From assembly GCA_964016885.1 (NCBI GenBank), contig OZ024742.1:83080001-83144000 (forward strand): a stretch of 64,000 nt of DNA, written 5' to 3'. Position numbers and translations under genes: made by a program. The stretch is from Eledone cirrhosa. Lineage: Eukaryota. The notes under the pieces are model-generated. The model searched no databases. It saw nothing but the letters and a program-made list of their open reading frames with translations, and was not told the origin of the DNA. Shown piece after piece: positions 13,002 to 25,328 of the stretch. The first letter of the stretch is position 1, and the number at the start of each line of letters is the position of its first letter.

Positions 13002-13128
13002 TTTATGGTCTGAGTTCAAATCCCTCCGAGGTTAACTTTGCCTTTCATCCTTACGAGGTCGATAAAATAAAGTACCAGTAATGCACTGGGATAATTGTCG
13101 GCCTTGTGCCAAAAGTAGAAATAATTAT
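13002..13128 (+). mobile_element. 5'-truncated SINE (family A)
   Basis: ggtctgagttcaaatccc...gcctttcatccttacgaggtcgataaaataaagtacc...gtagaaataattatt. Confidence 0.8.
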
Positions 13129-14684
13129 TTCATTAAATACATTTCAAATAATATTTAAAGTGTTTTTCGTTTTTTATATATTTCAAAATTCCAAAACATA
13201 TATAAAAAGATTCATAACTGTTAGGTACTGTTCTCCTTGTTATTTGGTATTTTCTGTTTTGCTACATTTTACTTAGCGTTTACTGATATTCTAAATTCTA
13301 TGGAGAATATGTTGGAGCTTGTGAGTTGTCTCTTCGTAGCACATTTACCTCTTAATTATGAAAAGGAGAAAACAGATCAATAGAAGAATAACAAGCCGGT
13401 GTGATGCCAATAGCAATTGCAACAGTTTGTATTAATGATGCGTTGAAAACATTTCAAAAACATATTTTTAAAAATGCAAAAGATCGGCTATACTAGATGG
13501 AAAGACAGAGAGATAAAAAGCGAAGGTTATTTTATTTAGAGAATAAACGAACAGATAAATATATTACAAAAAAGTGTGATGCAATAAACAGAGTCAAAAT
13601 AAATTATAAAGTTTGACAAACTATATATGAAAATATTACGAACACTACAGTATAAATATTTCTAACACTTTCTATAAATATCGTGTTGTTTGTATTTCTT
13701 AATTCCCATCGGCTTATATTTTCTTAAAAAAAGAATTATCATGAAAATATACGAATTTCGACAGATCATTCTTTGAAAAGATGCTGATATTCTTCAGGCA
13801 AAATTTGTTTTTAAATAAAAGATTTGTTTGGAAAAGGTGGCATTTTATTTTGCTTCTTTTTACTATACTGATATATGTTATACTATTAGTGTTTGTCCAG
13901 GTTTTATTTGGTAATGTTAAAATAGTAGGTTTTAATGCTGCAACAAATCATTAGACATATATTTATAAATCATTTGATTTCAACAAATTATATATGGAAC
14001 TATATCAATTTCATCTTTGAGATATCAGCTATTAGACAATCACTTTTAATAATGACAACGGTTGGACAAGTGGTAATATTTTGAAAATATGCCAGTCTTT
14101 ACATTTAATCAACTAGATTTATAATCGTAGATTTGAACACTCTTATAATCTTGAAATCTAAGATACATTTGCTGAAACAAAATATTATGTACACCTTATA
14201 AAATATAATCATATCACCAAATTCATCAATTTCATAATATTCACCAACATAAAAATCATCAAATGCGAAATCCTGTAACTGCTGACACTACCCCATGCAA
14301 TAACATCTGATCGTATTGCACATGCAATAAACCAATTCGGCAGTCACTATGCATGAAAGGAAGATATCATAGTGGCAAAACTGAAATGTCTGAACAGAGG
14401 CATCATAGATGATAATCTACTTCGATCTGAACAAGAACAATATTATCATATTGCCAAATAAATGCATTTACGTGCAACCTCAAGAAGCTAGGATTAACAG
14501 GAGCACAATCTTTAAATCACACCTTACCGTGTTTTATAAAGAGAGTTAATGTATGTATTCTATATGTACCAAACAATGATACACTCTAACTCATTTTCGA
14601 TCTCTGTTTGTCTCTGTTTGCCAATAAGAAACACACGCACTGGTGCGTGTGTTTCTTATTGGCAACATGACCCTCCCAAAGTAT

Positions 14685-14744
<60 letters not shown>

Positions 14745-14944
14745 AGACAGTATTAAATCAAATACATATTTAATTACATATTACATATGTTTCCCTGCTG
14801 ATCAGCTCGAGGAACGATCGAATAATGTTCGTGCCTGGTTCTGGAATATGTATATGATGCAATACTGATTATTTGCTCCAATATATTATTTTTGATATTC
14901 TTCTCCCCAAGAGCATCGAGTGCTCGTCTTGACATACCACCTGT

Positions 14945-15412
14945 GAACGCATTTCAATTGCACCTCTACTAACTATGTTCTTTCCGAAGGCATGAAGCTT
15001 GTCCCCTTCAAAACACCCGTTGTAATTTACAAAGCTGTAGTCACTTCTAACCGACTAAATCAACACCAATCGGTCAAAACCTATGTAGGTATGGCAGAGG
15101 GCCGGTTTAAGGAATGCTTCCTGTATTGTCTGTCGACATTTGGACCCCCGGAGAAATTATCCCCCACGTGCTCGCAAGCCACATATGGTCACTCAAGGAT
15201 GCAGGCGTGGATTACCCCATCCAATGGAAAGTTATAACCAAGTGTAAGCCATACGGAAATGGGAATCCATCTTGTAAGATATGCATTGAAGAATGAATCA
15301 ATATCCTGAGGAGTTCACGTAACACCGCTTGGCTAAACACGAGATCCGACTTTTAGTCACGTTGTCAGCACATTTGGAAACACCTAATATGTAATTTTAA
15401 ACCTCCGACTGA
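14945..15412 (+). pseudogene. Naiad-type PLE GIY-YIG endonuclease fragment
   Basis: VIYKAVV...TYVGMAEGRFKE; LASHIWSLKD...IQWKVI...PY...CKIC; LNTRSD...CQH...FKPP. Confidence 0.85.
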
Positions 15413-15713
15413 CTATCGGACGTAACACCCACAGACCGAGTATCATTAAAAGTCTATAGTATTCAGATATTTCGCAGTCACCTCCCTCTTCGATCTAACG
15501 TGAGTTAATTCCCTTTTGAGAATATCTTCTGCGCTCGGAAATGCTGTATTAACTGTTGTGGTACTACTTCTACATATATACGTATATAGTATATGCGTTT
15601 ATGTATTATATGGTGCGTGTGTTTCTTTCTATTGGCAATATTGGCAACATGATCATCCCCAAATCTAATAAGCTATATATATATATACATATGTATATGC
15701 CGAACCATTTTGC

Positions 15714-15890
15714 TACTGGATGCACGTACATGGCCACCGGCATATCACAATGGTTGCATATCTGCACCAATGATTGCGTAAGCAGCTGCCTCGGTGACAG
15801 GCAGATGAAATACAGAAAATATTGAGAGAGGAAGTAGGACACGGAGCTGTGCATTGGTACATATAAGTGACATGAAGAAGGATATAAAGA
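15714..15890 (+). repeat. ~175-bp dispersed repeat, inverted partner of 19133-19305
   Basis: ctggatgcacgtacatggccaccggcat...gtgacatgaagaagga is the reverse complement of 19133-19305. Confidence 0.85.
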
Positions 15891-15914
15891 AATGCGATGT
15901 ATAAGATTGATTTA

Positions 15915-15970
<56 letters not shown>

Positions 15971-16447
15971 CGTATAGTGTTTGGCGGCGTCATTATCGCT
16001 ATCATCTTAACTAACATCACCATTCCACCCGCTAACCCGCTAACATATCCAGTATCCTCACAAAAATAATTACCAAATCTTCAACGCCAAAGCAACCACC
16101 ACTGTAATAATCATCATCATTACCCACATTATTAGATTGCCATCCTATTTATCAGTAACATACCTAACAGCAAATTATTCAGCAATAGCAGTTTATTCGT
16201 TGTCAGTATTTTCCATATTATAATTATTGGAATAATTGTAACCCATATAAACGTCACATTCATCATGATTTCCATTCCAGTTATCCAAATGTTTAAATAG
16301 AATCTATTGATGATAATGGTATTGGTCTAATGTGAAACAAGAAACAAATTAAAAGTAAGTGATAAACAACTGATTGCGCTTGACAAATATACTACACCCC
16401 GCAACGGTAGGCAGACATTCTAAATATAACACGTTGACTGGATATAA

Positions 16448-16516
<69 letters not shown>

Positions 16517-16647
16517 CAAGAAAGTAAGTGTTGGTAAAAGCCAGTACTTCAGTATGCGGATAGGGAGCACTCAACGAAGATATACGTTCCGGAGTTATAA
16601 TAGTGACGAATCATAAGTCAATTGCATGAACTCATAATCCTTTATTT

Positions 16648-16703
16648 ACTGCTATATATATTTCGATGATATCCATTGAATGGCTATGACCTCATCAGGC
16701 AGT
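16648..16703 (-). ncRNA. Type I hammerhead ribozyme (PLE-associated)
   Basis: actgc CTGATGA ggtcatagccattcaatggatatcatc GAAA tatata TA gcagt, followed by aataaa. Confidence 0.75.
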
Positions 16704-17305
16704 TAGTCAGTTCTTAGATTTGCCAGCTCTGTGTTGATGGTATCAGAGTCTTGGAACATATGAGCTTGTTAGGAATAATTTAATGTTGTCAGCTTGTTAG
16801 GAATAATTTAATATTCTCATTGGTCAGTTTGTAGATGGTAGTAGGGTTGGTATTTGACCTCAAAGTGGCAGGTGGTATTGTAAAGTTCAAACCGTCAGGC
16901 AAGATGATAATAGTTTCATATGACTGATTTTCACAAAAAAGCATTCCTGGTCAGATATATATTCAATTGGGGTTTATAGTATGAAATAGATACTACAGGT
17001 CATTCTTAAATTGAGGAATTTATGTGGAGTGGTTCTACTGAAATTTATGGTTAGAGTAGAAAATTTACAAATAAAAAGACTTATGTAGGTTGGCTTGCAC
17101 ATACACTCACACCCACCTCCACATACACACACACACATCCACACATACAAAATGTGGGGTGGTAATACTTAAAATAATGGTTAGAGTCCAATACTTAGAT
17201 AGTTTAGAAAATTTAGAAATAAAAGATTTATGCTGGTTGACTTGTACATACACTCACACCTAACCCCTCAGATACTCACACATCTACACATGCAAATCCA
17301 TACAG

Positions 17306-17342
<37 letters not shown>

Positions 17343-17599
17343 TGCATGTATGTACGCACAAGTATATATATATAAAATATATACATATAAAATATATATA
17401 TATACATAAAATACACACATACATAAAATATATACACACATAAAACATACATACATATATATATATATATAAAATACACATATATATACATATATATATA
17501 AAATATATACATACATATACATACATATATATAAAATACACATATATACACATATAAAATATATATATATATACACATGATATATATATACATATATAT

Positions 17600-19132
17600 A
17601 TATAAAATCAGGTTCAATAAAACGTGGTTTAGATGACTCCTAACCAGTAGAGGATCCGGTGGACCATCCACCATAGGGACCACAAACTATGGGTCGTTGT
17701 TGTTGTACATTGGTCATTGGTACGGGGTGTAGGGGACCTACAGGGGGGGTGGCGTTGTGGGAGGCCGTAACCGGGGTTTATCCATATAGCTTGAGGAAAG
17801 TTCCCGTCCTTAGGTGTCTGCAGACACCGAATAAGTCGGCCCTTCTGTTTAATAGCTTGGTTCCGCCATGAAGAATCTCGAGTGTCTCACTAAGACAGAG
17901 GTTGCAAATACCAGACCCGCCTCTGGAACGTTTCTAACCACAGACCAGACCAGGGAGTGCGGGGTCTTTTCAAGTTTGAGCTTCGAGATCAATTCAGAAA
18001 GAGCCGTACATTTCCTCTTATCTATTCTGTTAAAGGAATGGCGATGGTTATACCACCGATCTTTGAAGCTCGTCGCTGTGGATCCTATGTAGTGGTGCTC
18101 CGAGTTAGGGGTTGTGACCTTGCACCTGTAGCCTACGTTTTTCGTCATGCATTCATTACTAAGGGAGCATAGTGATGGGTCTCTGCAATTACACGACTTC
18201 TTAAGCCCACCACATGTACCGCGTGGTTACCATCACTCGGGGTTGGCTGGGTAGCCTCCGCATTCAACACAGGGTCGTTGGGTTCCGGTGTGCTAGTTGG
18301 GCCTGTCCGGGTTCCGTTGCGTCCCGTGTGCTGGTTCTGTTGGGTGGCTCCGGGGTTTACAGTGGTATTAGAGGCAGTGAGCCTATTCCTATTTATGCCA
18401 GCTACGTGCTGGGCTACGGAGCGTGTGGTTGAGGAGGAAGGTTTCACCATGTGCCTGTTGAATATTTTATGGTATTGTGGGGCCCTAGGGAAACATTTAT
18501 CCAGTACTCTAAAGAATGTTCTAGCCAGGCTGGTACGTAAACCCACCGAGTACGGAGGGTTATACCATGTGACCTTCCTGGTCCTATTCTTGCGGGGTTG
18601 TTGGGTGTCCGCCGTGGGCCATCGCGTGGTTGTGCACAGCTCAGATCGAGCTCGGTTGGTGTCACTCGGGTGTGCGGAGCGGTCACTATCATGAGGGTTA
18701 TATGGGCCCACCGTGGGGCTATAAACCTGCGAGGTGCGGCCTCTCTGCTCAATTAGGGTTTGGGGGGCGGTGCAGGGGTGCCTATGCTCCGCAGCACAGT
18801 GGTCTTCAGCGTTGTAGGTATTAGACTGGTGGGGTATGCGGGACCTTCTACCGAGGGTGGTGACGGGTAGGGGTCTGGGAGTGTTACTACTGGTCACTGA
18901 GGTATTAGGTGGGTGACTCATGCCCCTGAGGGTATTGGTCCGGGTTACCCTTGTGTCATCTCGATCATGTCCCTTAGGGTTATAGCTGATCCTATGGCTG
19001 TGGGACGCCTACGCTAGCGCTGAGTTATAATAATCAGCGTTACTATTGAAGATCTCTTTATTGGCCGATAAGTTAGAGATCCTGTCAGAGACACTCTTAA
19101 CTACGGCCTTAACTATAGTTAAGGCCGCAGTT
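17600..19132 (-). mobile_element. 5'-truncated Naiad-type PLE (RT thumb, linker, GIY-YIG)
   Basis: RISNLSANKEIF; RKVTWYNPPYS; KIFNRHMVKPS; CNCRDPSLC; YIGSTATSFKDRWYNH; stop at 17778; 5' end is a 17-bp snap-back palindrome (19099-19132). Confidence 0.9.
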
Positions 19133-20218
19133 TTATTTCCTTCTTCATGTCACTTATATGTACCAACGCACAGCTCCGTGTCCTTCTTCCTCTCTCAATA
19201 TTTTCTGTATTTCATCTGCCTGTAACCCAGGCGGCTCTGTTTACGCAATCATTGGTGCAGTTATGCAACCATTGTGAGATGCCGGTGGCCATGTACGTGC
19301 ATCCAGAGCATGCGAGAATGAAGGATATACACAGGCGTGGCTACTATATATAGTAGTGGTATTAAATCAGAACAATAATAACAATACTCAAATAAATTAG
19401 CTAGATATTAAATAGTTAAAACAATCACATCAATCCAAGTAAGAAATAGAGTATAATGATGACCTTCGGATGTAAAACGAACTGATACGATACAGATGTA
19501 TGAAATTGACATGTGAAAGCTGTCATGGGATACACTAGATATTATGCAGAGGTGGCAAAGAGATAACTTGGGGCCTGGAATTATGGACTATCTGCTTTAC
19601 TGTAGGTTTGCTGGCCATAAGTTGAATATTTATTTATTATCTGACAGATAAAATATTTTCATTGTTGTGAGGATGGTAATTTTTATGTAGTGTAAAGTGG
19701 AGTTGAAGATTCGTTATTTAAGTGGCCTATATTAGATGTAGGGATTGTTAGTTCGAATCATGGGGGTTTAGCCTTCACAGCATCAATAATAAATCGTGCA
19801 TGATTAAGACAACGATAACAACAACAATAGAGGCAATAAGGTAATACAGTAGTAAAGAAAGCAAGGTATATATAGAGAACATGATGAATACTATTACGGA
19901 TACATTGGGGTTTTCATTATAACAACAGGAGGAAAGTGATATTTCAAGGACTGTATTAGTAGTAAAATAATGTACTTCGAATTAAGTTCATCTGTTGAAG
20001 ATCATGAGTGCTAATGTGAGATATAGTTGCTTGGTCCGAGGTGGTTTGGATAGCAGCAGAGGAGAGATAGATTTATGGTCTGATAAGATATTTGCAGCCA
20101 TTATTGTGGTATAGAATTAAGGAGGCTAGAACCTGTTTAAAGAATATTATAGTTCTGTAGTGGTCTGTGTGAGAGTGCGGATTTCATATGTTGAATGCTA
20201 AGTTAATGTTGGTTCGAA

Positions 20219-22607
20219 TCACGGTGGCTTAAATCTTGTGAATTTAGTAGCAATCCTATGTCTGCAGAAAATTGACATTTCTATTTTGTTGTTGAGTAGC
20301 CTTTTATCGTTCCTAAGGATATACAGTAATTCAAGGTCGCAAAGTCTACAGTAGGACATACCGGTACTATATGCCCTTGCGGCCGACAACCTCGACTAGT
20401 TGATATTGTAGTCGAGGTTATTGTCCTTAAGTTCCCAGATTTGTTTGGCGAGGGTTGTAGAACCTATTAGTGCACGGTTCTTCATCGAATGTCTGTGCAC
20501 ATACCATCTTTTTTTAAAACTACCCGCGTGGATCCAATGTAATGCCAGGTGGCGTTGCCCGAGTTCACCGTACACATATACACTAGGCTCGAATCAAGGC
20601 ACCTGTTCGCTAATGGGCACCTATCTGGTAGGTGACAATTGCAGTTTGAGGTGTTATTCTGTATAGTTTTCACATTGCGGTTTAGTAAACTGCTATAAGT
20701 GGGTTGTGATTCATGCCCATTGAGGTATTGCTGTGGCGCGCTCATGCGCGTTTGTGGTTGTGATACGGTAATGTGTTTGTGTTTAGAGTTTGGTGCTATG
20801 TTGCGTATAGGTGGTGGGGTATTTTCCCTAGAGGTATTCCTGTAGTTGATCTTGCGTATGTGGGATTCTATATTGGCAGCCGTAGAGTATGAGAGTTTTA
20901 TAGTTTTTCTATTGAGGATTTTATATCTATGCGATATAGGGAAGTGCTTATCTATTAGTTTAAAAAACGTAGAAGGCAGTTTAGATCTTACAGAGGAGTT
21001 GAAGATTGGATTAAACCATAGGTATTTTTCCCTAGTTCTATAGTTTACATTATTCGTGTTTGGACCACCTACTCTAGGTGCTACTTACTTACCTCTATGT
21101 CTAGTCCCGTTACCTTTATTTTTGTGTGAGCGATTGGTGTCAGTGTTAGTGGGTTTGTTTGTGTTGTCCTTATCCGTTATAAACTGTAGCTTTTCTTTGT
21201 GCCCAGCCCTATATAATGCCGCGTTATAATAGTTAGCATGCTCATTAAACATTTCTTGGTTTGAGGATAAGCGGGATATTCTAAGGGATATACTACGTGC
21301 TATGGATCTGATTATGGATCGGAGGTGGTTTGAGTTATAACTAATGTAGGCTAGATTTTCGTTATTTTTGTGAAAGGGTTCTATTAATCCGGTGTTTAGG
21401 TTTAGAGTTACGTCTAGAAAGTTTGCCTTTTTATGATTCAGTTCGTAGGTAATACTTAGGCCTAGTTTTATGAAGTATGTTCTAATGTTTTTTCGTAATC
21501 TTTCCATGCTCTGGTTATTTAAGTTCCTAGCTATAAGAAGCGTGTCATCTCTATAAATCCCTCCTTGGAGGTTACTAAATTCTTTATGTAGGTTGTGCGC
21601 TATAAATAACCGCACGACGTCAGTGATTTGCGCTGAATCGTTCGATCCCATTGTGATATCGAAGCTGCTTATCCTATCTTTTCTTACACAATAGCTATTT
21701 TAAAATTTGATGATAGTCCTTCTAGCAGCTAGTATTATTTCAATTTCATCAGGGGTAAGGTCGGAGTTATCTTTGGCAAATACAAGAGACTTATCTAGGG
21801 TGGCTGGTGATATGGATGTGTAGTAATCGTTTATATCGAATTGTATAAAGTTGCATGCTTCTCTATTTCCTATTCTACTGAACCATTCAATCGCTTCGTT
21901 AGTGTTACCCCATAAATTGATTTCTAGTTTTCCCTTTATTTGTGCGATTACTCTATCTAGAATATTCTTGCTAATTTTACCTATATCCGACTTAGATGGG
22001 CATATTAATCTAATAGTAGGATTTGCTTCAAAATTATTTTTGTGATACTTAAGGTTAAATGTGGGGTTGCATGGGGTTAGAGGTTCGGTTCTATCGGATA
22101 TTCCGAGTTTATTTACTATTCTAAGACCTTCCTTATTAATGCTGGTGGGTGTGGATTCATTTGTATTTTTGTATTTTTTGTGTAGTTCACGCTGAATGAA
22201 GTTATTGTATGTATTAAGGTCCATAGAATATATGTTTGATGTCTTGTCTTCTTTTACTATGATACCGTTGGTGTCTTTTAGTTTTTTTAGTAGTGTATTG
22301 ATGTAATTTTGTAATTTGTTGTGGTGTGTTCGTTTTTTTAAATTTAGTTCCACTTATCATATTCATAGGGTCTAGTCGAAGGCATCATTGAGCGTGGGTT
22401 GTTTGGAGGGTTTTTGCAAGATTTGAATCCGTAATTCTCTTTAGTAAATTCCCTTGTGTTATTAGCGGGTCCTTTGTCGAAGTGGTAAGCCTTCCATCGG
22501 ATTCTGCGGATAAAATCATTAGTCCGTTGTATCATGCCAAGTGTATAGTCCTTATTTGTAGGTACAGGTATGTTTTTCAGTGACATGCCTATGCCGTACT
22601 TTTCCAT
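20219..22607 (-). pseudogene. Naiad RT-GIY-YIG ORF with frameshifts
   Basis: SLKNIPVP...FIRRIRWKA; FIQFDINDYYTSI; MGSNDSAQI; GIYRDD; NFLDVTLNL; CNC...CPL...C; YIGST; CRLC; FCRH...FKPP-stop. Confidence 0.9.
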
Positions 22608-22884
22608 GTTGTTGCCGTGCGTTAATGATGTTGCTCAACCAGGTGGGAGATATGTATACGGGATAACAAATTATCGTTATAGGTAGTCCACTTAGATGTA
22701 GTCCAGTTAGAGTACTCCGAGTAGTGGATAGTATTAACGCTTGGCTAAGTTTGACTCAACAAGACGCTTCCATAGTGATGCTGGGAGTACGTGGCGATTT
22801 CTATGTAGTTTATACTTGGAGTAATAATAAATCAAGAAAGAAGAGTGACATGGTTTGTTATACAATAAGGGCTTTATTCACATT

Positions 22885-22990
22885 GCTGACAATTGTCTCT
22901 CTGAACTGGTAGGTCTAGAGATAGCTACCCGCCTGATTTTGCGCCAATCGATCTGCAGTACTTTTTTATAACCAGTTTATACATCAGAGC
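22885..22990 (-). ncRNA. Degenerate hammerhead with ~80-nt helix II domain in the Naiad pLTR
   Basis: gct CTGATGT ataaactggt...accagttcaga GAGA caattg TC agc; the inverted copy near 23495 retains GAAA. Confidence 0.6.
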
Positions 22991-23600
22991 ATGCGAGAAT
23001 GAAGGATATACACAGGCGTGGCTACTATATATAGTAGTGGTATTAAATCAGAACAATAATAACAATACTCAAATAAATTAGCTAGATATTAAATAGTTAA
23101 AACAATCACAACATCAATCTAACTTAGAAATAGAGTATAATGATGACCTTAGCATGTAAAACGAACTGATACGATACAGATGTATGAAATTGACATGTGA
23201 AAGCTGTCATGGGGTATACTAGATATAGTGCAGAGGTGGCAAAGAGATAACTTGGGGCCTGGAATTATGGACTATGCATTACTGTAGGTTTGCTGGCCGT
23301 AAGTTGAAAATGTATTTATTATCTGACAGATAAAATATTTTCATTGTTGTGAGGATGGTAATTTTTATGTGGTGTAAAGTAGTGGAGTTGTAGATTCGTT
23401 ACTTAAGGGGCCTATATTAGATGTAGGGATTGTTAGTTCGAATCATGGGGATTTAACCTTCACATCATCAATAATCTCTAAACCTACCAGTTCAGAGAAA
23501 CAATGTGAATAAAGCCCTTATTGTATAGCAAACCATGTCACTCTTCTTTCTTGATTTATATATATATATGTGTGTGTGTATATATATATATGTATGTATG

Positions 23601-23639
<39 letters not shown>

Positions 23640-23693
23640 TACACACACATATATAATACATATATATGTACACATATAAACATACACACACAC

Positions 23694-23767
<74 letters not shown>

Positions 23768-23769
<2 letters not shown>

Positions 23770-24928
23770 TGTTATACTTGGGGAGGGACATATTTGTGTA
23801 ATATTGCCAGAATTAATAACAGAACACACTCACTGTTTGGTTGGTTTTCGATTTTCGCTTCTGTGTCATCTGTGACGTTGCCAATCTTTTTATGGTATGG
23901 TGGGAAATGAGACTTAAAGATCTCCTTAATGAGAGCTCCATAGACCTCATCATGCACTCTCGTTACGTAGAAGATATCAATATATTTAGAAGAACATCCC
24001 CACTAGAGAGCATTTTAAGAAAACCCACTATACTAATAGGAAATGTATAATATGTAAGGTAAACCCCCGGATAAACTGTAAAACTAGAAACGCAGTCTAT
24101 AGCATAAGATGTACAGAGGGTACTTGCAGCAACATGACAACAACATACATAGGCGAGACAGCTCGTAGCATAGGTGAAAGGATCGACCAACACTGGCGGG
24201 AACTAAAAGGACGAAAAAACGGTTCAGTACTATACGAACATGTCAGACAACAACACGACCGTAACATAGACAACTTAGAAATTAGAATAATATCTAAACA
24301 TAGAAATGACCCAGCAGATAGGCAAATCAGAGAGGCCAGTGAAATTGAACTTAGAAGGCCAAGGCTAAACAGAAAGAATGAATGGAATAACAACAACACC
24401 CAAACAAACAACTCGGACCTAAGAGAAGTATCAATAAATAATAGATAAATAAATAAATAAATAAATACATACACAAGCACAATAACAACAAACACATATA
24501 AACACACACTAGTAAAGATAGAATACACAGTCACCCAATCACGAACACACATCAAACAAAAAACTATACACACACGCAAACGCATGCGCATAGAAGACAA
24601 AATAAAATAAACAAATAAATACATATATAAACAGACTAAATAAAGATGGCGTAGAAAATACAATGCAACGGGAGGAAACAATAGCACCACTGACGATGTT
24701 GCAGATGTGCAACGAAAGAACTTTGATAAACTATATATATGTGTTTGTGTCGATATTGTATCTGTATTATTTTTGACCGTTGGTCAGTCAATGGCAACAT
24801 TGAGGCCCGAATGAATTATATTACCGATATGAAAGACACAGAAGCGAAAAGCGAAAACCAAACAAACAGTGAGTATGTTCTGTTATTAATTCTGGCAATA
24901 TTACACAAATATGACACTCCCCAAGTAT

Positions 24929-24934
<6 letters not shown>
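23768..24934 (+). mobile_element. Internally deleted PLE (RT motif 4-5 fused to GIY-YIG) with 100-bp terminal inverted repeats
   Basis: ANLFMVWWE...RYVEDINI; YIGETARSIGERIDQH...S.LYEH...RQIREA.EI...LNRKNE; arms 23768-23867 / 24835-24934 between (TA)n. Confidence 0.85.
24687..24727 (+). ncRNA. Type I hammerhead ribozyme 3' of the PLE endonuclease
   Basis: cca CTGACGA t gttgca gatg tgcaac GAAA gaac TT tgat. Confidence 0.7.
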
Positions 24935-25010
<76 letters not shown>

Positions 25011-25201
25011 ATATATATATATATAATATATAATATATATATACATATATACATATATATATATATAATGTGTGTGCCTGTGTGTGTCTGTGTGTGTTTG
25101 TGTGTGTGTTGTGTGTGTCTGAGTATGCATGTGTGGGCATGTGTTTGGCAGTGTGTGTGTACACACATGCAAACATAAAGAAGAAGAAGAAGAACAACAA
25201 C

Positions 25202-25254
<53 letters not shown>

Positions 25255-25328
25255 AACAACAATAACAACAACAACAACAACAACAGAACCAAGAATATTA
25301 TTATTATTATTATTATTATTGTTATTAT
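24935..25328. repeat. Compound microsatellite (TA)n-(GT)n-(AAG)n-(AAC)n-(ATT)n
   Basis: Directly visible. Confidence 0.95.

Larger units (their letters stand above)
11858..13004 (-). repeat. ~320-bp tandem array (3.5 units), one hammerhead per unit; retrozyme-like
   Basis: Units start at about 11858, 12178, 12498 and 12818. Minus strand ggct-TTGATAA-gtac caatca gtac-GAAA-cagag(c/t)tctg-TC-agct. No coding capacity. Confidence 0.85.
19304..23556 (-). mobile_element. Near-complete Naiad-type Penelope-like element with upstream pseudo-LTR and inverted 5' terminus
   Basis: Direct repeat 19304-19790 / 22984-23475 brackets the ORF; 23474-23556 is an inverted copy of 22826-22921; (TA)n follows. Confidence 0.9.

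Noticed and set aside
14250-14480. LINE ORF1-like stretch (LPHAITSDRIAHAINQFG)
   Set aside because: Only vague resemblance, with multiple stops.
20219-22607. Selenocysteine recoding, known in some Naiad elements
   Set aside because: Cys positions in CNC...CPL...C, CRLC and CRH are TGC/TGT codons here, and those checked in the 18.1 kb and 50.9 kb fragments are too. No in-frame TGA at those sites and no convincing SECIS.
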